64,000 nt of DNA from Minisyncoccota bacterium (GCA_031291955.1 JARLIA010000005.1:74034-138033), one strand, 5' to 3'; shown: positions 48,083-58,071, counted from the first letter of the stretch. Program-made: numbers and translations. The notes: a model not told the origin generated them from the sequence alone.

Positions 48083-49393
48083 TTACAAACCGTGCGCTTT
48101 TTTGTAAGCGTTCCACTGTTTGACTGACCAGGCGACCGGTTTTTCAGTTATGATGGTTGGTTGTTGGCCGGGATGGGGATAAAGGGAGGGCGATTTGTAA
48201 TTGCTTTTGAAATCATCCTGGAACATCAGCGCTCCGGTCTTGTCATAGACTTCCTGGGTCCAGACGGTCTTCATGGAGCCATCCGGGTTGCGCTCCAGGA
48301 TGGTTGGCCCGACGGTTTTAACTGTCCGTCCGTCATTGGTCCCATAAAAATCGAAAATCAATTGGGTGCCGACGACCCTTGTTTGGATAAGAATATAACC
48401 GGGTGTGTTGTTGACAAATTTAAGATCCGGAGCGGGGATATAGACAGTGGCGTCGGTACCTTGAGGACTATAATATCCGACTGGATAAGCGTGGTTTTCG
48501 CGCGCGGTTATTTTGAGGCCGGTATTGACGGCTGCTCGGAAAGCGGTAGTGGAAACTTGGCACATGCCGCCGCCGTATTCGGGGATGGTGGCGTTGCCGA
48601 CGATGGAAAGTTCCGGCAGATAGCCGTGCTCGGCGTCCACTGGCCCCAAGGTATTCAAGAAAGAAAATTCTTCATTCGGCTTTATCAATGTTCCGTTGAA
48701 TTTGGCGGCCCCGGTTTCAAGATTGATCACCCTGTTATGCGGAGAGCCGACGAAGTTGGATACGCCTTCACCGATGAGGCTGGTAACGCCCATTTTGCCG
48801 GCTAGGTCGGCAGTGACGGTCGGTTGGGTGGTTATAAAGGGCAAAGTCAGGGCGGTGGCCGGATGGTCTTCTTGCAAATAATTTTCGAGAATGGCGACAG
48901 TTTTGGTTTGGTCAATGGCGATACCGGAACTGCTCAAGGAAAAGGCGGTTATTTTTCCGTCAGTCACCTCGAAGGTGGCGTTCTGGGCGGCCTTGTCGGT
49001 TTCTTTGGTTAAAGTATTTTTCACATAATCAGTCAGTTTGTTTTTATCAAGACTTAACGTTGTAATTTTTTGGATGTGACTTTGGTTCGCGTAGGAAAAA
49101 GTCAGTTGACAGATGGCGCTATTTTCATATGGGCAATAGGCGGTGTCAGCCATCTCGCTTGAATATTCCGGATTATATTTAAGTTCAGTCTTTTCGTTGA
49201 GCCAACCCAGAATAGCGGCTTTGTTTGTGGCGTACGGCGTTTTGTTGACACTCAAGGTGATTTTGTCCGGCAGTTTGGCGGCAAAAGTTTCCTCGTCCAT
49301 TTTGCCGAGAGTGATTTCCTGGGCGCGGCAAAATCCTGGTGAAAGGGCCAGGCAAACAAACAAAACAGCCAAAGTGTGCTTCGCTAATTTCAT
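48083..49393 (-). CDS. VanW-family secreted protein
   Basis: A signal peptide is present (MKLAKHTLAVLFVCLALSPGFCRA). The VanW core GGGMCQVSTTAFRAAVNTGLKITARENH is present. Start trimmed to the internal ATG. Confidence 0.8.
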   Translation of the reverse strand: MKLAKHTLAVLFVCLALSPGFCRAQEITLGKMDEETFAAKLPDKITLSVNKTPYATNKAAILGWLNEKTELKYNPEYSSEMADTAYCPYENSAICQLTFSYANQSHIQKITTLSLDKNKLTDYVKNTLTKETDKAAQNATFEVTDGKITAFSLSSSGIAIDQTKTVAILENYLQEDHPATALTLPFITTQPTVTADLAGKMGVTSLIGEGVSNFVGSPHNRVINLETGAAKFNGTLIKPNEEFSFLNTLGPVDAEHGYLPELSIVGNATIPEYGGGMCQVSTTAFRAAVNTGLKITARENHAYPVGYYSPQGTDATVYIPAPDLKFVNNTPGYILIQTRVVGTQLIFDFYGTNDGRTVKTVGPTILERNPDGSMKTVWTQEVYDKTGALMFQDDFKSNYKSPSLYPHPGQQPTIITEKPVAWSVKQWNAYKKAHGL

Positions 49394-49479
49394 GCTTTCA
49401 ATATACCACAGAACGGGGAGTAAGAAAAACACGGAAGCGCTTCCGTGTTTTGCTTATATCTTTTGTGTTTTTTTGGATA

Positions 49480-50031
49480 TTAGAATCCGCGTACTTGGAT
49501 TTTCTTGGACCGGGTGTGATCGGCTTTAGGCATCCGAATGGTGAGAATTCCGTTTTTCATGGAGGCTTCAATCTTGTCGGCCAAAACGTCCACTGGAAGG
49601 ATCACCGAACGGGAAAAGCCGCCCCAATAACATTCCTGGTAATAATAATTCTCTTCAATCACTTCTTCGTCTTGGCGCCGTTCGCCGCGGATGGTGATCA
49701 TGTCGTTGGAAATGCTCACGTCCAAATCTTCCGGTTTCACGCCGGCAATGGTGGATTTGATGACGATGTCGTTGTCGGTTTGATAGACGTCAATGGTCAG
49801 CTGGCCCTCGCCGTCTTCCTGCGCCGGAGTGTTATAACTCATGCTTTCGCGCGGTCCGGTCTGGTGGTTGGTGGGAGTGATTATCATCTCTTCCTCGACG
49901 TCCTCGGTGTAGATGTTGGGGGATTGGTTAGACTGGTTGGGGGAGAAGCGCTGTTCTCTTTCAAACTCTTCTTCGTCCATTCGCCGGGCGCCGGTTAGTT
50001 TTTCGAAAAACGATTTTTTGACTTTGGTCAT
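49480..50031 (-). CDS. Small heat-shock protein (Hsp20/alpha-crystallin)
   Basis: The alpha-crystallin domain is present (DVYQTDNDIVIKSTIAGVKPEDLDVSI...GILTIRMPK). Confidence 0.85.
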   Translation of the reverse strand: MTKVKKSFFEKLTGARRMDEEEFEREQRFSPNQSNQSPNIYTEDVEEEMIITPTNHQTGPRESMSYNTPAQEDGEGQLTIDVYQTDNDIVIKSTIAGVKPEDLDVSISNDMITIRGERRQDEEVIEENYYYQECYWGGFSRSVILPVDVLADKIEASMKNGILTIRMPKADHTRSKKIQVRGF

Positions 50032-50121
50032 ACTTTTTACAAATTTTATTTTTATCCGGTCGGATAAAATTTCCGCCGGGAGAAATTATTAGTGGGCTGA
50101 TTTCATTATAGGGGAGAATGA

Positions 50122-50688
50122 TTATTTTGACAAGGATTTTGTTTTCAAATATCGCAAGCAGAGAAAAACGCCGAAGATAAGAAGGATTCCGTCAAGCAGC
50201 CAATAGTTGACGTTACCGATAATGGCCGCGTTAAAAAGGAAATGAATGACGATGCCGATGAGGAAAGCCGGCCAAGTCTTCGTTATCGATATTCCTCGGA
50301 GCATGAAAGTGTAGCCGTAAACCAGCGCCGTGACAGTGTGGACAAGAAGAAGGCCGGCGTAAACGCTTAGGAGGAATGATGAAAGATAAGGATAGAGGGC
50401 GGCGTTCTGGATTATTTCGGCCGCGGAAAAGCCTAGGCCGATGAGCATGGCTTGGGGGAAGATAAGATTTTTTTCTGACGCCTGGGCGGCCATTTTCCAG
50501 ACGAAGATGAATGCTAGAATCTCCTCAACCAAAACCAAGACAATCAGAGTGGAACTTAGCTGGGTCTCGAGCGCGGGGTTTATCATTGATGGAAAAATAA
50601 TACTCAAGAGAATCTCCAGAACCAAAGCTCCGGCGGCCGCAAGTATTCCCCAGAAGAAAAATTTGATGTTTGATTTCATAAGTTGCAT
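50122..50688 (-). CDS. Intramembrane metalloprotease of the CPBP/PrsW type
   Basis: It is polytopic and carries EE (VEEILAF), a conserved His (HTVTAL) and HxxxN (HFLFN), consistent with CPBP/PrsW active-site signatures. Confidence 0.5.
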   Translation of the reverse strand: MQLMKSNIKFFFWGILAAAGALVLEILLSIIFPSMINPALETQLSSTLIVLVLVEEILAFIFVWKMAAQASEKNLIFPQAMLIGLGFSAAEIIQNAALYPYLSSFLLSVYAGLLLVHTVTALVYGYTFMLRGISITKTWPAFLIGIVIHFLFNAAIIGNVNYWLLDGILLIFGVFLCLRYLKTKSLSK

Positions 50689-50699
50689 TCCAATGCGGG

Positions 50700-51854
50700 T
50701 TACTTCAACTCCAAATTGGCGTCAGTTTCCAATTTTTTCCAGTTAGCTTTGCATATTTTTTTATCCGGCGCCAGCTTGTGCCGGTAATAGGCGGCGGCAG
50801 CGATCATGGCGGCGTTGTCTAAAGAGTAGCATGTATCAGGCATGATGTATAAAGTATTTTTTAATCCTTCTTTTATTTTTTCGCCGAGCTGGTGGCGTAA
50901 TTCGGAATTGGCGCTGACGCCGCCGGCCAAGAGGATTGTTTTAGGATTATATTTTTTGGCGGCGGAAATTGTTTTGGAAACCAGAACGTCACAGACTGCT
51001 TGCTGGAATTCGCGGCAAACTTCGGCCACAAATTTTTTATCCCCCAGCAATTTTTCATTTTTCTTCACCAAGTATAGCACGGCCGTCTTCAGTCCGGAAA
51101 AGGAAAAATTAAAATTCTTGGAGTTTATCATGGGCCGGGGAAGGGATATCGCATATCGCATATCGCGTAACGTGGAACCTGTATTTATTTTGCGCTCTGC
51201 GTTTTGCGCTTCATGCTCCACGCTTTGCGTTGCGCGTTTTGCGATTTCTGGTCCGCCGGGATAGCTCAAATTTAAGATGCGAGCCACTTTGTCAAAAGCT
51301 TCGCCGGCCGCGTCGTCCAGCGTCTGGCCGATGATTTCATAAACCAAATGTTTTTTCATCAGCACCAACTGCGTATGCCCGCCGGAAACGACGAGGCAGA
51401 GAATGGGGAATTGAATGGAAGAATTTTGAATTTGTTTGGGATTTGAGATTTTGGATTTAGTGCTTACGCGAATTTTGTCTTCGATAAAATTCGCGTAGAT
51501 GTGTCCTTCGATGTGATGGATGCCGATGAGCGGTGTGCGCCAAAGATAGGATAAAGTCTTGGCGGCTGTCGTTCCGACCAGAAGGGCGGGAATCAACCCT
51601 GGGCCGTTGGTGACAGCGATGAGATCGATGTCGCGCGAGGTTATGCCAGCTTCTTTCAGCGCGGCTTCGATTACGGGCGTAATATTTTTGAGATGTTCCC
51701 GGGCAGCCAGGTTCGGCACCACGCCGCCCCATTTGGCGTGGAGTTTGACTTGGGAAGAGACAATGCTCGAAAGCACCGTTAGATTATCTTTTTCTCCCGC
51801 CAAAACGGCCGCCGCCGTTTCATCGCAGGAAGTTTCAAGGCCGAGGATAAGCAT
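50700..51854 (-). CDS. tsaD: tRNA N6-threonylcarbamoyladenosine synthase TsaD, with a ~30-aa repeat-encoded insertion
   Basis: MLILGLETSCDETAAAVL and the metal-binding GIHHIEGH are present. The protein is 384 aa against a typical ~340. The insertion is encoded by a GCGTTTTGCG/CTCCACGCT repeat tract at 51120-51250. Confidence 0.9.
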   Translation of the reverse strand: MLILGLETSCDETAAAVLAGEKDNLTVLSSIVSSQVKLHAKWGGVVPNLAAREHLKNITPVIEAALKEAGITSRDIDLIAVTNGPGLIPALLVGTTAAKTLSYLWRTPLIGIHHIEGHIYANFIEDKIRVSTKSKISNPKQIQNSSIQFPILCLVVSGGHTQLVLMKKHLVYEIIGQTLDDAAGEAFDKVARILNLSYPGGPEIAKRATQSVEHEAQNAERKINTGSTLRDMRYAISLPRPMINSKNFNFSFSGLKTAVLYLVKKNEKLLGDKKFVAEVCREFQQAVCDVLVSKTISAAKKYNPKTILLAGGVSANSELRHQLGEKIKEGLKNTLYIMPDTCYSLDNAAMIAAAAYYRHKLAPDKKICKANWKKLETDANLELK

Positions 51855-52072
51855 AAATTTAACTTATGATTCGTAGTAGTTACTATAGACCAAGGAAAAT
51901 ATTTTTGCAATTTGTCAACATGGCATAACAATCTTTTTTATTTTAATCAGAACAAGATATATTCAATCTGTCAATAAATAATGACTTTATTTTTATCCGA
52001 TCATGTGCTTTAATGGGGACGAATCCGGCGCTTGCCCAGTGAAAGATTGGGCGGCTGTCCGGAGTAATAGCT

Positions 52073-52690
52073 ATGTCTAAAAAATCACAAAAAGAAATAA
52101 TGCGGCCGGTCCTTGAAGTGGAGAAAGAGGATTTGTCCGACAATGAGCTGATAAAGCTCATTCGGCAGGATAATTCCGAGAGATACGCCGAAATTATCGA
52201 ACGCTATCAGGGCAAGCTTTTTGCTTATATTTACCGCCTGGTTGGTTCTCGCGATGAGGCGGAGGATTTGTTGCAGGATGTTTTCATCAAGGCTTACCGG
52301 AATCTCAAAAGTTATGACGCTGAACGGAAATTTTCTTCCTGGATCTATCGTATCGCCCATAATGAAGCCGTTAACCATATCAAGCGCCGGTCGCTGAAGC
52401 GGTTTATTCCTTGGGAGGATGTGACGGCTACCAAGGATAAGTTGGAAATGTCAAGTGCGGAAGAGGATGCCCAATCCAGTTGGATCCGGAAAGAAACCAG
52501 CCAGGAAGTGGACCAGGCTATCAACCGTCTGCCCTTCAAATACAAACAAGTGCTGGTCTTGCGCTACTATTCCGACAAATCTTATGAAGAAATCAGTGCC
52601 ATTCTCAGCCGTCCAGTCAACACGGTTGGAACCCTTATTAATCGAGCCAAGAAAAAGCTGGCGGAAGAATTGAAAGACAGGAAGAACTAA
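52073..52690 (+). CDS. ECF-type RNA polymerase sigma factor (sigma-70 regions 2 and 4)
   Basis: Region 2 is DLLQDVFIKAYRNLKSYD...FSSWIYRIAHNEAVNHIKRR. Region 4 is VLVLRYYSDKSYEEISAILSRPVNTVGTLINRAKKKL. Confidence 0.85.
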   Translation: MSKKSQKEIMRPVLEVEKEDLSDNELIKLIRQDNSERYAEIIERYQGKLFAYIYRLVGSRDEAEDLLQDVFIKAYRNLKSYDAERKFSSWIYRIAHNEAVNHIKRRSLKRFIPWEDVTATKDKLEMSSAEEDAQSSWIRKETSQEVDQAINRLPFKYKQVLVLRYYSDKSYEEISAILSRPVNTVGTLINRAKKKLAEELKDRKN

Positions 52691-52711
52691 GAAATTAAGA
52701 AATTAGAAACT

Positions 52712-52912
52712 ATGAGTGGTAATTCAACTGAAAACGATCCTCAAAAAAATGTCCCAGATGTCAGGGGTAAGGTGATGGAAAAGATAAAATGCCGGGAAAT
52801 AAAAATGAAGAGCCGCCTGGCTTGCGTCACGGGAATTTTCGCGTGGTATTTTCTGGTGGCAGTGGTTATTCTCGGAGCGATGTTTGTCGTTTTGGGAATG
52901 ATGCGGCGTTGA
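52712..52912 (+). CDS. Putative anti-sigma factor (small membrane protein)
   Basis: It is a 66-aa ORF starting 20 nt after the ECF sigma gene stop, with one C-terminal TM helix (VTGIFAWYFLVAVVILGAMFVVLGMM). Assignment is by position only. Confidence 0.4.
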   Translation: MSGNSTENDPQKNVPDVRGKVMEKIKCREIKMKSRLACVTGIFAWYFLVAVVILGAMFVVLGMMRR

Positions 52913-53005
52913 GGTTGACTGGTTGATTTTTTCATGCTAACATATTCTTGACTTTGAAAGATAAAGTGAGCCGGAAGGCCGCTTTATTTGTTATTGTTCC
53001 AATAT

Positions 53006-53077
53006 GGCCTCATCGTCTAGCGGCTAGGACGCCAGGTTTTCATCCTGGTAACAGGGGTTCGATTCCCCTTGAGGCTA
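53006..53077 (+). tRNA. tRNA-Glu (anticodon TTC)
   Basis: A Glu-type 3-bp D-stem is present (TCGTCTAGCGGCTAGGAC). Anticodon loop TTTTCAT. T-arm AGGGGTTCGATTCCCCT. Acceptor GGCCTCA/TGAGGCT. The ends are approximate to 1-2 nt. Confidence 0.75.
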
Positions 53078-53115
53078 CGAAAAATAAGACTCTTCTCGAG
53101 TCTTATTTTTTATTT
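53078..53115 (+). terminator. Terminator after tRNA-Glu
   Basis: AAGACTC-TTCTCG-AGTCTT followed by TTTTTTATTT. Confidence 0.5.
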
Positions 53116-53131
53116 GGCTTAAGTTCTAATT

Positions 53132-53551
53132 TTAATTCCGGCTCAAATTGCGGATGAAGTTTGGAGAGAACGTGCCGTCTGAAAAATGGCCGTAGGCGAC
53201 GAGGTGATCGTTCTTATTGATGTCGCTGATCTTAATTAGCGAACCGTTGCGGCCGACGATCCGGGCCGAGGAGACGTTGAAATAATAATCATTGTTTTGC
53301 GTTTGGATTTTCAAGTGGGACGGGCCGGCGTAAGTGACTGTCCCCATAAGAACCGTCATGTTTTGCCAGTGGTTATTTCCGGATTGGCTATTGTTCCAGT
53401 GCGAACGGTTGATCTGGGGATAATTATTCCGAGAAGCGGCGCTGGCTCCGCTGACGCTGAATGCTCCGGCGCCGAGAATGGCCAGTGTGGCCGCGAGAGC
53501 GAAGGGAGAGATGGCGCTTGTTCGATTTTTTTTCTTGGGATTCTTTTCCAT
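53132..53551 (-). CDS. Hypothetical secreted protein (signal peptide, Asn/Ser/Gln-rich region)
   Basis: The N-terminus is positive and hydrophobic (AISPFALAATLAILGAGAFSVSGASAA). Confidence 0.5.
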   Translation of the reverse strand: MEKNPKKKNRTSAISPFALAATLAILGAGAFSVSGASAASRNNYPQINRSHWNNSQSGNNHWQNMTVLMGTVTYAGPSHLKIQTQNNDYYFNVSSARIVGRNGSLIKISDINKNDHLVAYGHFSDGTFSPNFIRNLSRN

Positions 53552-53777
53552 ATTGTTGTTTTTTTAACATTTAAAAACGGAAAAACTTCGGGCAATTGTA
53601 TATTAATACGCAAATTCTTTTTTGATTCTGTCATCAAGGCCATCCATTTATTTGACAAGGGCGAACTTTTACCAAATTGAAATAAGTGGTATAATAAAGT
53701 CAACGAAACTTTTAGAATGCGACCAGCTTAACGCAACGCTTTCTCCGGCCCGGCGAAGGATGTTTTGCGCCATAAAA

Positions 53778-55469
53778 ATGAAAAACAAAAAAGACATCGC
53801 CCCGATCGATGTGGCTTACTTTTCCATGGAGTTCGCTCTCTCAAGCGATATCCCCAACTATGCCGGGGGACTGGGAGTGCTCGCGGCCGACATGATGTAT
53901 TCGGCGACTGACTTGGGACTTCAAGCCGTCGGTGTTTCTTTGATTTATCATCAGAACGACGACCCGAAGCTGGCCTTCCCGCTCGCGAAATATCTTCAGC
54001 GTTGCCCGGAAACTATCGAGGTTAAGATTGAGAGCCGCGTTGTTAAGGTGGCGATTTGGAAAAAGGAAATCAAATCCGGGCGGCATCGCTTGCCGATTTA
54101 TTTTTTGAGCACTTATCTGCCGGAGAACGAACGCTGGGATCGCGATCTAACTAAGAATCTCTATTCTGATAATGCCTACACCCGGCTTTGTCAGGAAACA
54201 CTTTTGGGTGTGGGCGGCGTACGCGCGCTAGAGGCTTTGGGGTACACCGATATCCGGCGCTATCACATGAACGAAGGCCATTGCTCGCTTCTGACTTTGG
54301 AACTTTTGAAAAAGAACAATTACGACGAAAATAAAGTCCGCTCACTCTGTTCATTCACCACGCACACCCCGATCGCTTCCGGTCATGACTATTTCGACTA
54401 TGATCTGGCCTATCGGACGATCGGCGACGTGCTCACTTGGGACATCCGGCAGTTGGCTGGCAATGATCGGTTAGGCATGACTCAGCTTGGTCTGGCGCTC
54501 TCCGCTAAGGCCAACGCGGTTTCCCGGCGACACACCCAAGTGTGTCGGGAGATGTTTCCCGATCATAAATTTGAGAGCATTACTAACGGCGTCTATCATC
54601 CGCATTGGGCCGGCCGGCACATGCGCAATCTTTTGGATGAAAATTTCCCCGATTGGCGCGAGCGGCCGGAAGTTTTGGCGGACGCGCCCAGCCGACTGGC
54701 TGACAAGGAATTGCTCCGGGCGCGTAGAAGAGAGAAGGAAGATCTGGTTGAATGGATCAACTCAAATCCTGAATTTTTTCCTTTCCGAGATGTGACGGAT
54801 GAAGATTATTTTTCCGAAGACGTGCTGACGATCGGATTCGCCCGCCGTTTCGTGCCATACAAGCGGCCGGAACTGATTTTCCGCCAAGCAGAGGCACTCC
54901 GGAATATCGGAAACAAGAAACTTCAGTTGGTTTTTGCCGGTCATTGCGGGCCGACTGACAATTTTTGCAACAACATCATGCATACTATCGAGGATTATAC
55001 GCAAAAATTCCGCGGTGAGATCAAAGTGGCTTTGGTTCCGGATTATAAACTAGACATCGCTTTTCGCCTCGTCAGCGGTTGTGATGTTTGGCTCAATACA
55101 CCCATCCCGCCGAGAGAAGCCAGTGGAACGTCCGGCATGAAAGCGGCGCTCAATGGATGTCTCAATTTATCCATTCCGGACGGTTGGTGGGTCGAGGGAA
55201 TCAAAAAATATCCCGCATCTGGTTGGGCTTTTGGCAGTCGGACCGCGAGTCTGGACGAAGTCTGCCGGGACGATGAAGACGCGAAGGACCTCATTGCCAA
55301 GCTGCAGAATGTTATTTATTGCTATTATGAAAAAAAGGAAGAGTGGACCGAACGCATGAAATATTCCATCGCCCTTTTGTCATATTTTAATACCCACCGG
55401 GTCGTTCGCGAATATTGTGAAAAGATGTGGAATGTGGAAAATGCTTCGATAACGGATGAAGTGGATTAA
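53778..55469 (+). CDS. glgP: Alpha-glucan phosphorylase (GT35, short archaeal/bacterial type)
   Basis: YFSMEFALSSDIPNYAGGLGVLAAD is present. The PLP lysine context is EASGTSGMKAALNG. Start placed at the ATG giving MKNKKDIAPID. Confidence 0.85.
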   Translation: MKNKKDIAPIDVAYFSMEFALSSDIPNYAGGLGVLAADMMYSATDLGLQAVGVSLIYHQNDDPKLAFPLAKYLQRCPETIEVKIESRVVKVAIWKKEIKSGRHRLPIYFLSTYLPENERWDRDLTKNLYSDNAYTRLCQETLLGVGGVRALEALGYTDIRRYHMNEGHCSLLTLELLKKNNYDENKVRSLCSFTTHTPIASGHDYFDYDLAYRTIGDVLTWDIRQLAGNDRLGMTQLGLALSAKANAVSRRHTQVCREMFPDHKFESITNGVYHPHWAGRHMRNLLDENFPDWRERPEVLADAPSRLADKELLRARRREKEDLVEWINSNPEFFPFRDVTDEDYFSEDVLTIGFARRFVPYKRPELIFRQAEALRNIGNKKLQLVFAGHCGPTDNFCNNIMHTIEDYTQKFRGEIKVALVPDYKLDIAFRLVSGCDVWLNTPIPPREASGTSGMKAALNGCLNLSIPDGWWVEGIKKYPASGWAFGSRTASLDEVCRDDEDAKDLIAKLQNVIYCYYEKKEEWTERMKYSIALLSYFNTHRVVREYCEKMWNVENASITDEVD

Positions 55470-56739
55470 TCCGGATAAATTTTTTGACATGAATCGACCG
55501 AAGCTCCTTATGTTCGGATGGGAATTTCCGCCGCATAACAGCGGCGGCTTAGGTGTAGCCTGTTTTGGTCTTTCCCGGGCTTTGTCCCGTCTGAACACTG
55601 AAATAATTTTCGTCCTGCCGCAAAAGATTCCGACCACAGCTGATTTTATGCGGGTAGTTTTTCCGGAAGATTATTTGAGCGAAGAGATTATCCGTCAGAG
55701 CCGCTTAACTGGAGATTTAATGTTGCACGCATATGTTACTTCCCAAGAATATCAAACCCAACTTGAGAAAGTCTCCTTGCTAAAAGGTGCGGTAACCTAC
55801 GCCAGTGATCTTTACGGCGAAGTGCGCCGCTACGGGGTGTTGGCTCGGGCGATCGCCAAAAAAGAAACTTTTGATGTTATTCATGCGCATGACTGGCTCT
55901 CTTTTCCTGCTGGCATCGAAGCTAAAAGAGTGAGTGGAAAACCGCTGATTGTCCATGTCCATGCTACAGAATTTGATCGCTGTGGCGGACCTGACATCAA
56001 TCGGCAGGTATTTGAAATCGAAAAAGAAGGTTTGGAGAAAGCGGATGGTATCGTGGCGATCAGTGAATTTGTGAAAAACAATATTATCCGAAATTACGGA
56101 GCTGATCCAAAAAAGATCCGGGTCATTCATAATGGCGTGGACGAAGAAGATTATGCGACTGATCCGGGCGCCCACGAAGGCTTCGAAGCGCTCAAGGCGG
56201 CCGGTAAAAAAATAGTTCTTTTCTTGGGACGGATTACTATTCAAAAAGGACCGGACTATTTTATTGAGGCAGCCAAAATTGTTCTCAACTACAATCCCGA
56301 TGTCATTTTTTTGGTGGCCGGCTCGGGCGACATGGAGCGGCAGATGATTCGGAAAGCCGCCGAACTGGGGATCGGAGACAAAGTTATTTTCACTGGATTT
56401 TTGCGCGGCAAGGAATGGCTCCAGGTTTTCCGCTCCGCCGATCTTTTCGTCATGCCATCCGTTTCCGAACCGTTTGGCCTTGTGGCGCTGGAATCGATGG
56501 TCAATGGTACGCCGGTTTTGATTTCCAAACAATCCGGAGTGTCGGAAGTGGCGCGAAATGTCCTCAAAACTGATTTTTGGGACACGGAAGAAATGGCTAA
56601 TAAGATTCTAGCAGTCTTGGGCAGCGAAGGCTTGCCGGCCGTGCTTAAAAAAGAAGGTTTTTCTGAAGCGCGCGAGATTAGCTGGAAAGAGGCGGCCAAA
56701 AAATGTATCGAATTTTATAACCAATTGGCACAGACATAA
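55456..56739 (+). CDS. Glycogen (alpha-1,4-glucan) synthase-like GT4 glycosyltransferase
   Basis: LLMFGWEFPPHNSGGLGVA resembles the archaeal-type GlgA N-terminus. The GT4 C-terminal motif is present (FVMPSVSEPFGLVALESM). An alternative ATG lies at 55489. Confidence 0.8.
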   Translation: MKWINPDKFFDMNRPKLLMFGWEFPPHNSGGLGVACFGLSRALSRLNTEIIFVLPQKIPTTADFMRVVFPEDYLSEEIIRQSRLTGDLMLHAYVTSQEYQTQLEKVSLLKGAVTYASDLYGEVRRYGVLARAIAKKETFDVIHAHDWLSFPAGIEAKRVSGKPLIVHVHATEFDRCGGPDINRQVFEIEKEGLEKADGIVAISEFVKNNIIRNYGADPKKIRVIHNGVDEEDYATDPGAHEGFEALKAAGKKIVLFLGRITIQKGPDYFIEAAKIVLNYNPDVIFLVAGSGDMERQMIRKAAELGIGDKVIFTGFLRGKEWLQVFRSADLFVMPSVSEPFGLVALESMVNGTPVLISKQSGVSEVARNVLKTDFWDTEEMANKILAVLGSEGLPAVLKKEGFSEAREISWKEAAKKCIEFYNQLAQT

Positions 56740-56870
56740 AATTTTCAATTTTCAATTTTCAATTTCTAAACAATTTCCAATGTATGAATTGATAAATTTT
56801 AAAATTGGTAAATTAAATAATTGTTTGAAAATTAAAAATTAGAAATTGAAAATTTAAATAATATGCCTTC
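56738..56870. repeat. (TTTTCAATT)n tandem array plus inverted GAAAAT copies
   Basis: ATTTTCAATTTTCAATTTTCAATTT...AATTGAAAATTT; the first 30 nt are identical to 30224-30253. Confidence 0.6.
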
Positions 56871-58071
56871 CATCTGTTTCTATTTCCAGGTCCATCAACC
56901 CATGCGGATTAAAAAATACCGCTTTTTTGACATCGGTCAGGATCATAATTATTTCAACGACCATAGCGACACCAACTTGAATAATGTCAAAATACTGAAA
57001 AAAGTGTCGGATAAATGTTATCTGCCAGCCAATCGGATCCTGCTGGAAATGATCAGGCAGCATCCGGAATTTAAGATTTCCTTTTCTTTTTCTGGCGTTT
57101 TTTTGGAACAGTTGGAAATGTTTATGCCGGAAGTTTTAGCATCCTTTCAAGAATTGGTGGCCACTGGCAATGTGGAAATTCTGGACGAAACCTACTATCA
57201 TTCTTTGTCTTTTCTTTATTCGCCGGAGGAATTCAAACATCAAGTGGGAAAGCACAAAAAAATGATCCGAAGACTGTTCGGTCTCACTCCGCGGGCTTTT
57301 CGGAATACCGAACTTATTTATAACAATGACCTGGCTCGAGCAGTGGAAGAAATGGGCTACAAAGTTATTCTGGCCGAAGGAGCCGACCACATCCTGGGCT
57401 GGCGCAGTCCCAATTTTCTCTATCGGCCGCAAGGCTTGGATAAAATTAAATTATTAGTTAAAAATTACAAACTGTCAGACGACATCGCCTTTCGTTTTTC
57501 GGAGCGTAGCTGGAAGGAACATCCGCTGACAGCCGGAAAATTCGCCCATTGGGTGGCTGAGCATAACGGCAATGGAGAAGTCATCAATCTCTTTATGGAT
57601 TATGAAACTTTCGGCGAGCACCAGTGGGCCGACACCGGTATTTTTGAATTTCTGCGCCATTTGCCCGCCGAATTGGCCCAAAAATCTGATATCGATTTTG
57701 TCACCCCGAGCGAGGCGGCCGCGCGCTACCGCCCGGTAGGTGAGTTGGACGCGCCGCATTTTGTTTCCTGGGCCGACACCGAGCGCGATCTCTCCGCCTG
57801 GCTCTCCAATGATATGCAACGGGAAGCGATGGAAAAAATCTATGCCCTGGAAGAGGAAATTAAAAATATTAATGACGATCGTTTGCTCGAAGACTGGCGG
57901 CGACTCCAGACTTCCGACCATTTCTATTACATGTGCACCAAATGGTGGAACGACGGGGACGTCCATAAATATTTCAATCCGTACGATTCTCCCTATGATG
58001 CTTTCATCGCTTTCATAAACGCCCTAAATGATGTAAAATTAAGAAGTCAGAACTTGGTCGCGAAAAAATAA
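56863..58071 (+). CDS. Glycoside hydrolase family 57 (alpha-amylase / glucanotransferase / branching-enzyme type)
   Basis: The N-terminal ICFYFQVHQPMR (GH57 HQP motif) and the downstream catalytic region are present. Confidence 0.85.
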   Translation: MPSICFYFQVHQPMRIKKYRFFDIGQDHNYFNDHSDTNLNNVKILKKVSDKCYLPANRILLEMIRQHPEFKISFSFSGVFLEQLEMFMPEVLASFQELVATGNVEILDETYYHSLSFLYSPEEFKHQVGKHKKMIRRLFGLTPRAFRNTELIYNNDLARAVEEMGYKVILAEGADHILGWRSPNFLYRPQGLDKIKLLVKNYKLSDDIAFRFSERSWKEHPLTAGKFAHWVAEHNGNGEVINLFMDYETFGEHQWADTGIFEFLRHLPAELAQKSDIDFVTPSEAAARYRPVGELDAPHFVSWADTERDLSAWLSNDMQREAMEKIYALEEEIKNINDDRLLEDWRRLQTSDHFYYMCTKWWNDGDVHKYFNPYDSPYDAFIAFINALNDVKLRSQNLVAKK

